NCBI GenBank assembly: GCA_041640655.1
Contig: JBEPZV010000011.1
Location: forward strand, 1 to 62,878
Source: a bacterium
GTDB taxonomy: Bacteria > Acidobacteriota > Blastocatellia > HR10
DNA: 62,878 nucleotides
Reading direction: 5' to 3'
This document shows positions 8,589 to 19,176 of this stretch, one piece after another. Under the pieces are notes generated by a model. It ran no database searches. It had not been told where the DNA came from and was given only the letters and a program-made list of their open reading frames with translations. The position numbers and the translations under genes are program-made. Each line of letters opens with the position of its first letter. Position 1 is the stretch's first letter.

Positions 8589-9110
8589 ATGGAGCCGTGG
8601 TTGAGGCCGGATGAGGAAGCAGTGGCTGCGCGTCAGGCCGATCTCATCAAGGGGATCGAACAAGCGCTCTATCTCCTGGAAGCGGCCCTGCGTGATCTGC
8701 CCGAAGAAGCGCTCTGGTGGGAGCCCGCGCCGACGGTGGCTTCGATCGGGGCGCGGATACAGCATCTTCTGGGCGCGTCCCGACGCTTGGAGACCTATGC
8801 CTTTGATGCCGAGTACGACCCCGAGGCCCTGGCGCAGATGGCTGAACGAGAGTGGGGGCCGAGTCATCGCTCGAAGGCGGATCTGCTCGAGGAGGCGCGC
8901 GCCGTCTTCGGAGAGATCGTCGCCAGAATCCGCGCCGTGGAGGAGGGAGCGCTAGATGAGCGGCGACCCGTCGGCCGTCGCCGCGTCCTGGTTCGGCGCT
9001 CGGTCATCCTGCATCATCTGGTCGAGCATGCTGCGCACCACGTGGGGCAGATTCTTCTGCTCGCTCGGCTGTGGTCGGCGCGCGCTCATCCCGCCGCCGA
9101 ATCGGCGTAA
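8589..9110 (+). CDS. DinB/YfiT family putative metal-dependent (thiol transferase-like) protein
   Basis: SIGARIQHL and HLVEHAAHHVGQI His motifs; SD GGAGG before ATG 8589. Confidence 0.85.
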   Translation: MEPWLRPDEEAVAARQADLIKGIEQALYLLEAALRDLPEEALWWEPAPTVASIGARIQHLLGASRRLETYAFDAEYDPEALAQMAEREWGPSHRSKADLLEEARAVFGEIVARIRAVEEGALDERRPVGRRRVLVRRSVILHHLVEHAAHHVGQILLLARLWSARAHPAAESA

Positions 9111-9244
9111 AAGGTCAGCGGAGAGTCACGCCCCGCATCGCACCTCAGATGGGAGCGCACACATTCTGTCATCGCCCGCGAGTTCGCGAGAGGCGCGGGC
9201 AGCTCTTGTCGCACCGCTCACGTCAGAGACGAGGAGGAGCCGAA

Positions 9245-9532
9245 TCACGAAGCCGCATGCTCCCCGCCGACGACGACGTTCCACTTCCGCACGCGATAGG
9301 CGGGAATGAGGCCGTGACGCACATAGGGATCGCTTTGGATGAAATCTTCGACCTCCGAGAGCGCATTCACCCGAAAGATCAAGAGCGCGCCATCGGCCGG
9401 TTCGAAAGCTCCTGCCCAAACGAGGCGTCCCTCTCGATGCCATCGCTCGACCAGAGCCAGATGTTCCGCCCGCAGAGGCGCGCGCCGCTGCAAGAAATCT
9501 TCGACCGTCTCGTAGAGCACAGCGACATACAT
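9245..9532 (-). CDS. YciI family protein
   Basis: Motifs RAPLRAEHL, AGAFEPADGALLIF and SDPYV; ATG at 9532; TATAAT at 9573-9578. Confidence 0.85.
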   Translation of the reverse strand: MYVAVLYETVEDFLQRRAPLRAEHLALVERWHREGRLVWAGAFEPADGALLIFRVNALSEVEDFIQSDPYVRHGLIPAYRVRKWNVVVGGEHAAS

Positions 9533-9576
9533 AGCCGTCCCCCCAAATGCAACGCATACCCGCTCGCGCGACATTA

Positions 9577-9870
9577 TAAAGCCCGCGGAGCGGGCGTGCG
9601 AACGTAGCCCGGGGCGAGCCGGAGGCGAGCCCTAGGGGCGGCCCATCCGCGCGGTCACGCCGCGTTCATGTGGACGATGTCACGGTCCGCAGCCGCATGG
9701 GCCGCCCGCATGCGCGGGCTTGGAATGGGGTTGGGGCCTCCTCCTCCCTAGGGCTCGCTTCGCTCGCCCTAGGCTAAATTCGAACGCCCGCGCGCGGGCT
9801 CGCATGTGGAGAGCCGGTCTCACAACGTGGGCTCGCTCTCGCTCGTCTCGCGTCGCCTGCGCGCGGGCTC
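9577..9870 (+). repeat. REP/BIME-like composite palindromic element, copy 2 (inverted relative to copy 1)
   Basis: Contains GTAGCCCGGGGCGAGCCGGAGGCGAGCCCTAGG, GGCGGCCCATCCGCGCGGTCAC, CCTAGGGCTCGCTTCGCTCGCCCTAGGCTAAATTCGAA and TCACAACGTGGGCTCGC, in the same order as the reverse complement of 1383-1717. Confidence 0.85.
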
Positions 9871-9999
9871 ATCGGCAAACCGACGGTCTGCTGCGACGCG
9901 GTTCGCACGCGATCCACCCGCTCGTCTCAGGTGCACCTTGCCCCCTTGATGCATCCGAACATAGAATTAACCAGGCGCAATCAGAGGGAGGGGGACGGG

Positions 10000-11319
10000 A
10001 TGTTCGGGCGACGAGGAGAGGACCAATGGCAAGCCATCCTCGACGCTATGGAGGATGGCGTGATGATCATTGATCGGAACTTCTGGATCATCGGTTTCAA
10101 TGAGGCAGCTGCTCGGATCACCGGATACCGGAAGGAAGAAGCGCTCAACTCCCGCTGCTTCGAAGTCTGCGCCGGTCGGTATTGCAAAGAGGATTGCGAT
10201 GTGACGGCGCTCTTCACGACCGGGCGCCCGTGCGAGGAATTCGAGACGACGATTCGGACGAAAGACGGACGGACGCGCATCGTTCGCGTTCACACCGTCG
10301 CCTTGCGTGATGGAACGGGAGCGATCACCGGCGCTCTGCGTATCCTGCGTGACGTGACCGAGATCCGCGAGTTAGAGCGGCGGCTGCGCGAGCCGGAGCG
10401 CTTCGGCCGTCTGGTCGGCAAAAGCCGGGCGATGCAACAGGTCTATCGGCTCATCGAGCTGCTCCGGGATTCGACGGCCACGGTCCTCATCCATGGCGAG
10501 ACGGGCACGGGCAAGGAGCTGGTCGCCGAAGCCATTCATTTCAACAGTCCGCGCGCCGGCGGGCCTCTCATCAAGGTGAATTGCGCCGCGCTCCCCGATC
10601 CCCTTGTGGAAGACGAACTGTTCGGACATGTGCGCGGCGCGTTCACCGATGCCGTCTCCGATAAACCGGGACGGATCGAGTTGGCCAACGGGGGGACGCT
10701 CTTCCTCGACGAAGTGGGGGACCTCGGCCCGTCCGCTCAGGCGAAGCTCTTGCGCGTTTTGGAGACGGGAGAGTTCGAGCGCCTGGGCGATCCGCGAACG
10801 CGCCGCGTGCAGGTTCGGATCATCGCAGCGACCAACAAGGACCTGCGCGCGGCCGTCGCCGAGCATCGCTTTCGCGAAGACCTCTTCTTCCGGCTCAATG
10901 TCGTCCCGATCTTCCTGCCGCCGCTGCGGGAACGCCTGGAGGATCTCCCGCTTCTGGCGGAGCATTTCCTGGAGCGAGTGCGACGGACGACGGGGCGCGA
11001 CCTCCGCCTGGGGCACGATGCGCTGCGTGCGATGATGCGCTACCGATGGCCCGGCAATGTGCGCGAGCTGAAGAATGCGCTCGAATACGCGGCCATCGTC
11101 TGCGAAGGGACGACGATCCATGCGACCGATCTCCCCGCCGGTATTCACGAATCCTCCTCGGAGGGGCTCCTGCCCGCCGAAGTCACGAGCGAGCCCGTCC
11201 GATTGCGTGCCGCCTTGGAAGCCTGCAACTGGGAGATCACACGCTGCGCCGAACTCCTCGGCATCGATCGCTCGACCCTGTGGCGGAAGATGAAACGCTA
11301 TGGCATTCGTCGCCCCTGA
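10000..11319 (+). CDS. Sigma-54-dependent activator (PAS + AAA+ + Fis-type HTH)
   Basis: Motifs GETGTGKE, GAFTDA, LFLDEVG, FREDLFFRLNV, WPGNVREL and LGIDRSTLWRK; the PAS domain carries CFEVCAGRYCKEDC. Confidence 0.92.
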   Translation: MFGRRGEDQWQAILDAMEDGVMIIDRNFWIIGFNEAAARITGYRKEEALNSRCFEVCAGRYCKEDCDVTALFTTGRPCEEFETTIRTKDGRTRIVRVHTVALRDGTGAITGALRILRDVTEIRELERRLREPERFGRLVGKSRAMQQVYRLIELLRDSTATVLIHGETGTGKELVAEAIHFNSPRAGGPLIKVNCAALPDPLVEDELFGHVRGAFTDAVSDKPGRIELANGGTLFLDEVGDLGPSAQAKLLRVLETGEFERLGDPRTRRVQVRIIAATNKDLRAAVAEHRFREDLFFRLNVVPIFLPPLRERLEDLPLLAEHFLERVRRTTGRDLRLGHDALRAMMRYRWPGNVRELKNALEYAAIVCEGTTIHATDLPAGIHESSSEGLLPAEVTSEPVRLRAALEACNWEITRCAELLGIDRSTLWRKMKRYGIRRP

Positions 11320-11405
11320 TGCTTCCCCCCTCGCCCGCCCGAATGGGCGCCTGCGAAGCGGCGTGATATAATCGCCGGGTGAATCTGGCAGCGGAGAGAA
11401 AGAGC

Positions 11406-13136
11406 ATGGAGGCGCGAATCCTCGGAATCGGATTTCTGACCGGGCTTCTCGTATTCGGGCCGATGGCCAGCATCACGCGCCAGGCATCGGCTGGCACTTC
11501 GCAGAACCGTCAGAACACGCGTTCGGCGAAGCTCGCGGGCGCGACGCTGGAATCGCTCATCCCCCAGGATGTGGCGGCTGTCCTCTTCATCCGTGACCTC
11601 AGGGCGTTGCGAGACGGTCTGCGCCAGAGCGCGCTCACGCGCGCCGCCCTGGAGACGACGCTTCCCCTCGGTCGGTATCTGCGCGGGATTGTGGAGGGGC
11701 TCGATCTCTCCGGAGCGATGAGCCTCGGTGCGAAAGCGCGATATGCCCTCCTCGTGCTGGAAGCCGCCGATCCCCCTCGCGCCGCCGTGCTCGTGGAAGC
11801 CGCCTCGCCGGAGGAGGCGACGCGCGCGGCCAAGCGCGTGCGCGCGGCTCTGGAACGTCACGGCCCGGTGCGCGCGCTCGCGGGACGCCAGACCCCGATC
11901 TGGCAATCGAGTCCGGCCTTTCGTGGCGAGGCCCTCGGGCTCGCGCAGCGTGATCGCGTCCTCATCTTCGGGCCAATCACCGTCGTCGAGCGCCTTATCG
12001 AGGACCGCGCGAAGACGCCGAAGCTCGCGGAGCGACCTGACTTCCGCCTTCTCCAGGAACGAAGCGCCAAAGGCGCGGTCTTCGCCTTCCTCAATCTGGA
12101 ACAGATCACGCCGTATGTGATCGGGCGCGTGACGGCGCGTCCGATCGGCGGCTCGATCTCACTGCTGGTCCCCCTGCTGCAATTCCTCGGCCTCTCCGCC
12201 TTCAAAGCCGCAGGCCTCACGCTCGCGTTTGAGGCGGATACGGCTTTTGAAGAGCACCACGTGATCGTGGATCGAAAGCAGAGCGCGATGGTCGCGGCCC
12301 TGATCGAAGCGCCGACCATTGAGTTCGCGCCAGCGCGGGCGATCCCCGAAGACGTGGCGCTCGCGATCTTCTTTGGGCTCGATCTCGCCCGCCTCTATAC
12401 GGCGACGCTGACGACGCTCGGCCCGCTCATCTCGGCGCAGCTCGGCGGGCAATCGCCGGAATCGGCCATCGCGCTGCTGGAGCTGCAGCTTGGATTTCGC
12501 ATCAAGGATGAGCTCTTGGCGTCGCTCGGACAGGAAGCAGCGCTCTCGTGGCAGATCGCGTCTGATCGCGTGGAGCGCGATCTCTTGCTCGCCGTGCGGA
12601 ACCCCGATCAACTGCGCGCCATCCTGGAGAAGATCATCGCGCGACAGGGCGCGCGCCCCATCGTTCACAAGGAGCACGCGATCTATCCCCTCACAGATGA
12701 CCTGGCGATCACCGTCACGTCGTCCGAGGCCATTCTCGCCCGAATCGAGCGTGTGAAGTGGCTCCTGGATCAACGCGATCAAGGTCGTGTCCTCGGACGC
12801 ACGCCGGAATTCGCTCACTGGATGAGTCGGCGACCGCCGCAGGCCGCGTTCGGCATCTATGCGACACGCGCAGCCTTTCGTCTGCCCTGGCTCCAGCCCT
12901 TGATCGCGGAAGGACGCCCGGTGGAAGGGACGGAACCCATCGGCGCCTTTCCTCCTCTGCTCTCCTCCGGGTTCTGGTTCGGGGATCCCGTGGGATTGAG
13001 GGGTACCCTTACATCGGCGCTGGGCTCGATCATCCTGTTGGATGCTCTTTTCTCGGTTCGATCGGCCGCGCCGGAACAGACGTTGTTTGGCGCGCTGGCG
13101 CTCTTCACCCAGATGCTGACCGAAGATGCTCGATGA
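11406..13136 (+). CDS. Exported hypothetical protein (DUF3352-like)
   Basis: Signal-peptide-like N-terminus; long ORF with host-like codon usage. Family assignment is tentative. Confidence 0.6.
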   Translation: MEARILGIGFLTGLLVFGPMASITRQASAGTSQNRQNTRSAKLAGATLESLIPQDVAAVLFIRDLRALRDGLRQSALTRAALETTLPLGRYLRGIVEGLDLSGAMSLGAKARYALLVLEAADPPRAAVLVEAASPEEATRAAKRVRAALERHGPVRALAGRQTPIWQSSPAFRGEALGLAQRDRVLIFGPITVVERLIEDRAKTPKLAERPDFRLLQERSAKGAVFAFLNLEQITPYVIGRVTARPIGGSISLLVPLLQFLGLSAFKAAGLTLAFEADTAFEEHHVIVDRKQSAMVAALIEAPTIEFAPARAIPEDVALAIFFGLDLARLYTATLTTLGPLISAQLGGQSPESAIALLELQLGFRIKDELLASLGQEAALSWQIASDRVERDLLLAVRNPDQLRAILEKIIARQGARPIVHKEHAIYPLTDDLAITVTSSEAILARIERVKWLLDQRDQGRVLGRTPEFAHWMSRRPPQAAFGIYATRAAFRLPWLQPLIAEGRPVEGTEPIGAFPPLLSSGFWFGDPVGLRGTLTSALGSIILLDALFSVRSAAPEQTLFGALALFTQMLTEDAR

Positions 13137-13151
13137 TCGGGGAAGACGCGG

Positions 13152-14741
13152 ATGAGGGGTGCTCACCATGCGCGACCGGGGAAGCGGTGGGGAGCGAGCG
13201 TGATGCTCCTTCTGCTGGGGTTCCTCCCCTTGCCAGGATGTCGGCGCCAGGCAGAGGCCCAGACGCTCGTCATCGCAGTTGAAGCCCCCCCGCTGACGTT
13301 CGATCCGCGGGGACCCACCAACGCGGTGACGGCGCGCCTGCAGCAGCTGCTCTTCAATACGCTCACGCAGAAGAACGAACGGTTCGAGATCATCCCGGAG
13401 CTGGCCGAGGGATGGGAGATCTCGGACGACTTCACCGTCTACACGTTTCGTCTCCGCCGCGGCGTGAAGTTCCATGACGGACGCGAACTGACCGCCCGGG
13501 ACGTCGCGTACACGTTCAACACGCTCCTCGCGCCGACGTTCGATTCCCCGAAGCGGGCGGCCTTGAGCAAGCTCGATCGCGTCGAGCCGCTGGACGCGCA
13601 CACGGTCGTCTTTCGCTGCCGCGAGCCATATCGAGGATTGCTCGTGGATCTGATCGCCATCGGCATCATTCCCGAGGGCTCGGGGGAGACGATCGCACGA
13701 CAGCCGATCGGCACCGGCCCTTTCCGACTGGAGCGCTATGTGGAGAATCAGGAGGTGGACCTGCTCGCCTTCCCAGAGCACTTCCAGGGCGCGCCGCGCG
13801 TCCGACGGCTGCGAGTGAAGATCGTGCGCGATCCGACGACGCTGGCGCTGGAGCTGCTCGGAGGGACGGTGCATCTGGCGTTGAACGCCCAGCTCTCCCC
13901 CGACTTCATCGCCGAACAGCAAGCGGGCCGACAGCTCCGCGTGGTGCTCTCCGACGGGGCTGCGCTCGAATACATCGGGATCAATACGACCGATCCCATT
14001 CTCCGCGATCGTCACGTGCGGCAAGCCCTCGCGTATGGGATCAACCGCCAGGAGATCATCGCCACATTGCTGCGCGGACAAGCGCGGTTGGCCAAGAGCG
14101 TCCTCCCGCCGACGCACTGGGCGTACCATGACGGGGTGATGACCTACGACTATGATCCGGCGCGCGCCCGCCGCCTCCTGGACGAAGCCGGGTATCGCGA
14201 TCCCGATGGGGAGGGACCGCAGCCGCGCTTCCGCCTCACGCTCAAGACTTCCTCGGCCGAACATCCGCGCAAGATCGCCACGGCGCTTCAAAGCCAATGG
14301 CGCGCGCTCGGCATCGAGCTGCACATTCAATCCTTCGAGTTCCAGACGTTCCTGAACGACATCAACACGGGCAATTTCCAACTCTTCTTCCTCCGGCAAG
14401 TCGGCGCCAATCAATTCCCCGACATCTTCAAAGCGGCCTTCGGCTCCCGTTCGATCCCCGGCGATCCCACGATTCGGGAATCGGAACGGACGGGCTTTCT
14501 GAATCGCGCGCGATATCGGAATCCGCAATTGGACGCCTTGATCGAACGAGCCGAAGCGGCGCGCGATCGCGCCCAGCAGCGCGCCCTCTACGCCCGCATT
14601 CAGGAGATCCTGGCCGAAGAGGTGCCCTGGATCTACCTCTGGTATCCGGCCAACGTCGCTTTGATGAATCCGCGCGTGCGCGTCCCGGCCATTCCCGCCT
14701 CCGGCGATTTCCAATTCCTGAAAGACGTGGACGTGCCGTAA
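13152..14741 (+). CDS. ABC transporter family-5 (peptide/nickel) substrate-binding lipoprotein
   Basis: Lipobox-like LPGC; motifs PELAEGW, FRLRRGVKFHDG, PIGTGPF and VRQALAYGINR. Start codon uncertain. Confidence 0.9.
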   Translation: MRGAHHARPGKRWGASVMLLLLGFLPLPGCRRQAEAQTLVIAVEAPPLTFDPRGPTNAVTARLQQLLFNTLTQKNERFEIIPELAEGWEISDDFTVYTFRLRRGVKFHDGRELTARDVAYTFNTLLAPTFDSPKRAALSKLDRVEPLDAHTVVFRCREPYRGLLVDLIAIGIIPEGSGETIARQPIGTGPFRLERYVENQEVDLLAFPEHFQGAPRVRRLRVKIVRDPTTLALELLGGTVHLALNAQLSPDFIAEQQAGRQLRVVLSDGAALEYIGINTTDPILRDRHVRQALAYGINRQEIIATLLRGQARLAKSVLPPTHWAYHDGVMTYDYDPARARRLLDEAGYRDPDGEGPQPRFRLTLKTSSAEHPRKIATALQSQWRALGIELHIQSFEFQTFLNDINTGNFQLFFLRQVGANQFPDIFKAAFGSRSIPGDPTIRESERTGFLNRARYRNPQLDALIERAEAARDRAQQRALYARIQEILAEEVPWIYLWYPANVALMNPRVRVPAIPASGDFQFLKDVDVP

Positions 14742-14768
14742 AATTGACTCTCCGCAACATCAGGAGAG

Positions 14769-16391
14769 ATGGAGATGGAGCAGACGAGCACCAAGACGTC
14801 GGAGCGCAAGGCGCGGTTCGAGACGCCCTCGCACATCGAGCTGAAGACGGTGTATCGCGCCAGCGATCTCGCGGGCTTTGATCCGGAGCGCGATCTGGGC
14901 GAGCCCGGAGCGTATCCCTTCACGCGCGGCGTCTATCCGAACATGTATCGGGGGCGCCTGTGGACAATGCGCCAATACGCCGGATATGCGACGGCGCGCG
15001 AGTCCAATCGCCGCTACCGGTATCTGCTCGAACAGGGGCAGACGGGACTGAGCGTGGCCTTCGATCTGCCCACGCAGATGGGGTACGATTCGGATCATCC
15101 GCTCGCACACGGCGAGGTCGGGAAAGTCGGCGTGGCGATTGACACGCTCGCCGATATGGAGGCGCTCTTTGAGGGAATCCCACTGGATCGCGTCTCGACC
15201 TCGATGACGATCAACGCGACGGCACCCATTCTGCTGGCCATGTATCTGGCCGTCGCCCGGAAGCAGGGCGTCTCGTGGGATCAGGTGAGCGGCACCGTTC
15301 AAAACGACATCCTGAAGGAGTACATCGCCCGTGGGACGTACATCTACCCGCCGGGGCCGAGCCTGCGGCTGTGCACGGACATCTTCGAATTCTGCTCACG
15401 CTTCGTCCCGAAGTGGAACGTCATCTCCATCTCGGGCTATCACATTCGCGAGGCCGGGGCGACGGCGGTGCAGGAGTTGGCGTTCACCTTCGGCAATGCG
15501 ATCACCTACGTGCAGGCGGCCATCGCTCGAGGGCTGTCGGTGGACGAGTTCGCCCCTCGGCTCAGCTTCTTCTTCAACGTTCACAACCATTTCCTCGAAG
15601 AAGTGGCGAAGTTCCGCGCGGCCCGGCGAATCTGGGCGCGCCTGATGCGCGAGCGGTTCCAGGCGCGCGATCCGCGCTCGATGATGCTGCGCTTTCACGC
15701 GCAGACGGCGGGCTCCACGCTGACGGCGCAACAGCCCGAGGTCAATGTGGTGCGCGTGACGCTCCAAGCCCTGGCGGCCGTACTCGGTGGGGCGCAATCG
15801 CTCCATTGTAATGCGCGCGACGAGGCCCTGGGTCTGCCGACGGAAGAGGCGGCGCTTCTGGCGCTCCGCACACAACAGGTCATCGCTTACGAGTCAGGTG
15901 TCGCCGATACGGTGGATCCCCTCGGAGGGGCTTACGCCATCGAGAGTTTGACCAACGAGATCGAGCGGCGCGTCTTTGAGTACCTGGAGCGCATTGAGGC
16001 GATGGGCGGCATGCTGCGCGCCATCGAGACCGGATGGGTGCAGAAGGAGATCCACGAATCCGCGTATGAATACCAACGTGCCGTGGAATCGGGCGAACAG
16101 ATCGTTGTCGGCGTGAACCGATTCGTCGTTCCCGAGGAGCGTCCCATCCCCGTGCTCCGTATTGACCCGGAGATCGAACGGGCCCAAGTGGAATTCCTGC
16201 GTCGGATCAAAGCCGAACGCGATGCGGCGGCCGTCAGTCGAGCGCTCGCCGAACTGGAGGAAGCCGCGCGCTCGACCGAGAACCTGATGCCCCATATCAT
16301 CCGCGCCGTCGAGGCCTATGCGACGCTCGGCGAGATCAGCGACTGTCTCCGTCGCGTCTTCGGCGAACACCGCGAATCGGCTGCCCTCTAG
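14769..16391 (+). CDS. Methylmalonyl-CoA mutase, substrate-binding large subunit (no B12-binding domain)
   Basis: Motifs [17 protein letters not shown] (Tyr indicates MCM-type), [12 protein letters not shown] and [12 protein letters not shown]. Confidence 0.92.
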   Translation: MEMEQTSTKTSERKARFETPSHIELKTVYRASDLAGFDPERDLGEPGAYPFTRGVYPNMYRGRLWTMRQYAGYATARESNRRYRYLLEQGQTGLSVAFDLPTQMGYDSDHPLAHGEVGKVGVAIDTLADMEALFEGIPLDRVSTSMTINATAPILLAMYLAVARKQGVSWDQVSGTVQNDILKEYIARGTYIYPPGPSLRLCTDIFEFCSRFVPKWNVISISGYHIREAGATAVQELAFTFGNAITYVQAAIARGLSVDEFAPRLSFFFNVHNHFLEEVAKFRAARRIWARLMRERFQARDPRSMMLRFHAQTAGSTLTAQQPEVNVVRVTLQALAAVLGGAQSLHCNARDEALGLPTEEAALLALRTQQVIAYESGVADTVDPLGGAYAIESLTNEIERRVFEYLERIEAMGGMLRAIETGWVQKEIHESAYEYQRAVESGEQIVVGVNRFVVPEERPIPVLRIDPEIERAQVEFLRRIKAERDAAAVSRALAELEEAARSTENLMPHIIRAVEAYATLGEISDCLRRVFGEHRESAAL

Positions 16392-16469
16392 CGGGGGGTC
16401 TCCGGCGCGTCTGGCCAACGGGTGAACGAGGCCATCCGCCAAGTCCTCTCTATGCGCGCGTCAGGCGCG

Positions 16470-16499
16470 TTGACGGGGCGAAGGCGGCTCCGCTAGAAT
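16470..16499 (+). promoter_or_regulatory. Sigma70 promoter of tRNA-Leu
   Basis: TTGACG-18 nt-TAGAAT. Confidence 0.6.
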
Positions 16500-16513
16500 G
16501 GCTCTCTCGCGTG

Positions 16514-16604
16514 GCCGGAGTGGCGGAATTGGCAGACGCGCCAGACTCAAAATCTGGTGGCCGTTGGCACGGCCGTGTCGGTTCGACTCCGACCTCCGGC
16601 ACCA
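16514..16604 (+). tRNA. tRNA-Leu(CAA)
   Basis: Acceptor GCCGGAG/CTCCGGC-A-CCA; anticodon arm CCAGA-CTCAAAA-TCTGG; long variable arm; GGTTCGACTCC. Confidence 0.97.
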
Positions 16605-16770
16605 TACCCTGAAGAGAGGGCGACTTCAGAACCTCCGGAGATCGCCTCCCCCCAGACCTTCCTCCTGAACACCCCAGAGGCACAGCGGGATGCGCGTCGC
16701 CGATTCCTGAAAAGGGGAGATCAGCTCTGCCACAACGCGTTCACTTTCAGACCGGTCAGGTCACTGCCAC

Positions 16771-16790
16771 TTGAGGGCGCGCGCTCTCAA
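16771..16790. terminator. Near-perfect 20-bp palindrome between the convergent tRNAs (possible terminator or processing hairpin)
   Basis: TTGAGGGCGC|GCGCTCTCAA, one mismatch. Confidence 0.3.
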
Positions 16791-16818
16791 CAGGGGATCA
16801 CAGGGTCGGCGAAAAAAA

Positions 16819-16893
16819 TGGAGCGGGCGACGGGATTCGAACCCGCAACACTCAGCTTGGGAAGCTGATGCGCTACCGTTGCGCCACGCCCGC
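16819..16893 (-). tRNA. tRNA-Gly(CCC)
   Basis: Reverse complement reads GCGGGCG...TCAGC-TTCCCAA-GCTGA...GGTTCGAATCCC...CGCCCGC-T-CCA, 75 nt. Confidence 0.97.
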
Positions 16894-16937
16894 TCATCGT
16901 CCGGCTCTTTTCAAACACCCCCTGCTGTGAGGGTACA

Positions 16938-16966
16938 ATCCTAGCCAAAGGCTCGGAAAAAGTCAA
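16938..16966 (-). promoter_or_regulatory. Sigma70 promoter of tRNA-Gly
   Basis: TTGACT-17 nt-TAGGAT on the minus strand. Confidence 0.6.
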
Positions 16967-17127
16967 CCGTTCTGTATTCGTTCGGCACCCCTCTGGGGAC
17001 CTATGCACCCTCATACGGCACCGCGTGCAGGGGGAGCGCGGACGCTCTTCCCACGCCGCATCTTGAAAAGGGCGATCCGGTATGCTAGCTTTTCAAGCCC
17101 TATCAAGACAGGAGGTTGGGCGATCGT

Positions 17128-19176
17128 ATGTTCGAGCCGACGAATATCATGATGCTGGCAGCCCTTTTGGGCGTGATGGGGTTGGGATTTGCGGCCCTCA
17201 CGTATGTGCAAGTCGTCCGGCAACCGGCCGGAGAGGGCCTCATGATCGAAATCTCCAATGCCATCCACGAGGGCGCGATGGTCTTTCTGAAGCGGGAGTA
17301 CAAGATCCTCTCGGTCTTCATCCTCGTGGTGGCAACGGCCATCTTCTTCGGCCTTCCGGAGGGGGATAAGACGGCGCTCTCGTTCGTCCTCGGCGCGCTC
17401 TGTTCGCTGCTGGCAGGATTTTTCGGCATGAAGGCGGCCACGCGGGCGAACGTGCGCACGGCGGAAGCGGCGCGTCGCGCCGGACAGCGGGCGGCGCTCA
17501 TGGTCGCCTTCAGCGGCGGTGCCGTGATGGGCATGTCCGTGGCGAGCCTGGGGTTGGTCGGGACGGGCGTCCTGCTGTATGTGTACACGCAGCTTTTGGG
17601 ATTCCCTCCGGATAAGACGGCGATGATCATCAGTGGCTTCGCGATGGGCGCCAGCTCCATCGCCCTGTTCGCTCGCGTCGGCGGAGGCATCTACACGAAG
17701 ACGGCCGACGTGGGGGCTGATCTTGTGGGGAAGGTCGAAGCGGGCATTCCTGAAGATGACCCGCGCAATCCGGCGACGATCGCCGACAACGTGGGGGACA
17801 ACGTGGGGGATGTCGCGGGCATGGGGGCCGATCTCTTTGAATCCTACGTCGGCTCGATCATCGCGACGATCACGATCGCGGCGACGACGCCGCTTCCGGG
17901 GGAGCGGCTGCCGTGGATGGCTCTGCCGCTGCTCGTGGCGGCCATTGGAACGGCCAGCTCGTTGCTCAGCCTCTTGCTTGTCCGCTTGCTGAAGCAGGCC
18001 GATCCGGCGACCGTGCTCAGGACGGCGACGGCTCTGGCTGCGCTCTTGATGCTCGCGGGCTCGCTCGCGGCCATCGTGCTGCTGGATCTGGACCTGCCGG
18101 AGAGTCCGGTCTACTATGGCCCGTTCTGGGCATTGGCCAGCGGGACGTTGGTCGGTCTGCTCATCGGCTACCTCACCGAGTATTACACGGCGAAGAAGCC
18201 GATTCTCGAAATCGCTCGAGCGGCGACGACAGGCGCCGCGACAAACATCATCACGGGCCTAGCCGTAGGGATGAAGTCCACGGTGCTGCCCGTGTTGGGG
18301 ATCTGCCTGGCCGTCCTGCTGTCGCACACGGTGGCGGGCCTATATGGGATTGGCATCTCGGCCGTTGGCATGCTGGCGACGATCGGGCTGGTGATGTCCG
18401 TGGATGCCTACGGACCGATCGCCGATAATGCGGGGGGGATCTCCGAGATGAGCCGTTTGGGCGCCGATGTGCGCCGGATCACCGATGGCCTGGATGCCCT
18501 GGGCAATACCACGGCGGCCGTGGGCAAAGGGTTCGCCATCGGATCGGCGGCCTTGACGGCGCTGGCCCTCTTCTCCGCTTACAAGAGCGCCGCGCGGATC
18601 CCCACGATTGATCTGACAAACGCGTATGTCGTCATCGGCCTCTTCATCGGAGGTATTGTGCCCTTCTTCATCGCCGCTTCGACCATGGCCTCGGTCGGAC
18701 GCGCCGCGTTCAAGATGGTGGAGGAGGTGCGTCGCCAATTCCGCGAGATCAAGGGACTCATGGAAGGGAAGGCCAAACCCGATACGGCGCGCTGCATTGA
18801 CATCTCCACGATCGCGGCCCTGCGGGAGATGATCGTGCCGGGGGTGACGGCTGTGCTCGTGCCTGTCCTTGTGGGATTCATCTTTGGGAAGGAGGCGCTC
18901 GGAGGGACGCTGGCTGGAGCGACCGTGAGCGGCGTGATGCTGGCCCTGCTGATGGCCAATGCCGGAGGAGCGTGGGACAACGCGAAGAAGCACATCGAGA
19001 AAGGAGAATTCGGTGGGAAAGGGAGCGACGCGCATAAGGCGGCTGTCGTCGGCGATACGGTCGGCGATCCCTTCAAGGACACGGCCGGTCCCTCGATGAA
19101 CATCCTCATCAAGCTCATGTCGGTCGTCAGTCTGGTCATCGCTCCCGTTCTCGGCTCTGGGATCTTCGCACAGTGA
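17128..19176 (+). CDS. hppA: Membrane-bound cation-translocating pyrophosphatase, K+-dependent type
   Basis: Motifs [35 protein letters not shown] and [17 protein letters not shown] (Ala) marks K+-dependence. Confidence 0.96.
   Translation: MFEPTNIMMLAALLGVMGLGFAALTYVQVVRQPAGEGLMIEISNAIHEGAMVFLKREYKILSVFILVVATAIFFGLPEGDKTALSFVLGALCSLLAGFFGMKAATRANVRTAEAARRAGQRAALMVAFSGGAVMGMSVASLGLVGTGVLLYVYTQLLGFPPDKTAMIISGFAMGASSIALFARVGGGIYTKTADVGADLVGKVEAGIPEDDPRNPATIADNVGDNVGDVAGMGADLFESYVGSIIATITIAATTPLPGERLPWMALPLLVAAIGTASSLLSLLLVRLLKQADPATVLRTATALAALLMLAGSLAAIVLLDLDLPESPVYYGPFWALASGTLVGLLIGYLTEYYTAKKPILEIARAATTGAATNIITGLAVGMKSTVLPVLGICLAVLLSHTVAGLYGIGISAVGMLATIGLVMSVDAYGPIADNAGGISEMSRLGADVRRITDGLDALGNTTAAVGKGFAIGSAALTALALFSAYKSAARIPTIDLTNAYVVIGLFIGGIVPFFIAASTMASVGRAAFKMVEEVRRQFREIKGLMEGKAKPDTARCIDISTIAALREMIVPGVTAVLVPVLVGFIFGKEALGGTLAGATVSGVMLALLMANAGGAWDNAKKHIEKGEFGGKGSDAHKAAVVGDTVGDPFKDTAGPSMNILIKLMSVVSLVIAPVLGSGIFAQ

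Noticed and set aside
9720..10073. Apparent paralogous small proteins (9720-10073 and 1103-1564 share PRARFA.PR.NSNAR)
   Set aside because: The similarity comes from translating the DNA repeat.
12159..14714. Long antisense or alternative-frame ORFs (12159-14714, 25208-27385, 30609-32555, 35383-37725, 5441-7333, 42014-43807 and others)
   Set aside because: They are shadows of well-supported genes on the other strand, are expected at high GC3, and show no recognisable motifs.
16514..16893. Integrated element at the convergent tRNA-Leu/tRNA-Gly pair
   Set aside because: Only 214 bp separate them; I saw no integrase and no duplicated tRNA 3' end (att site).
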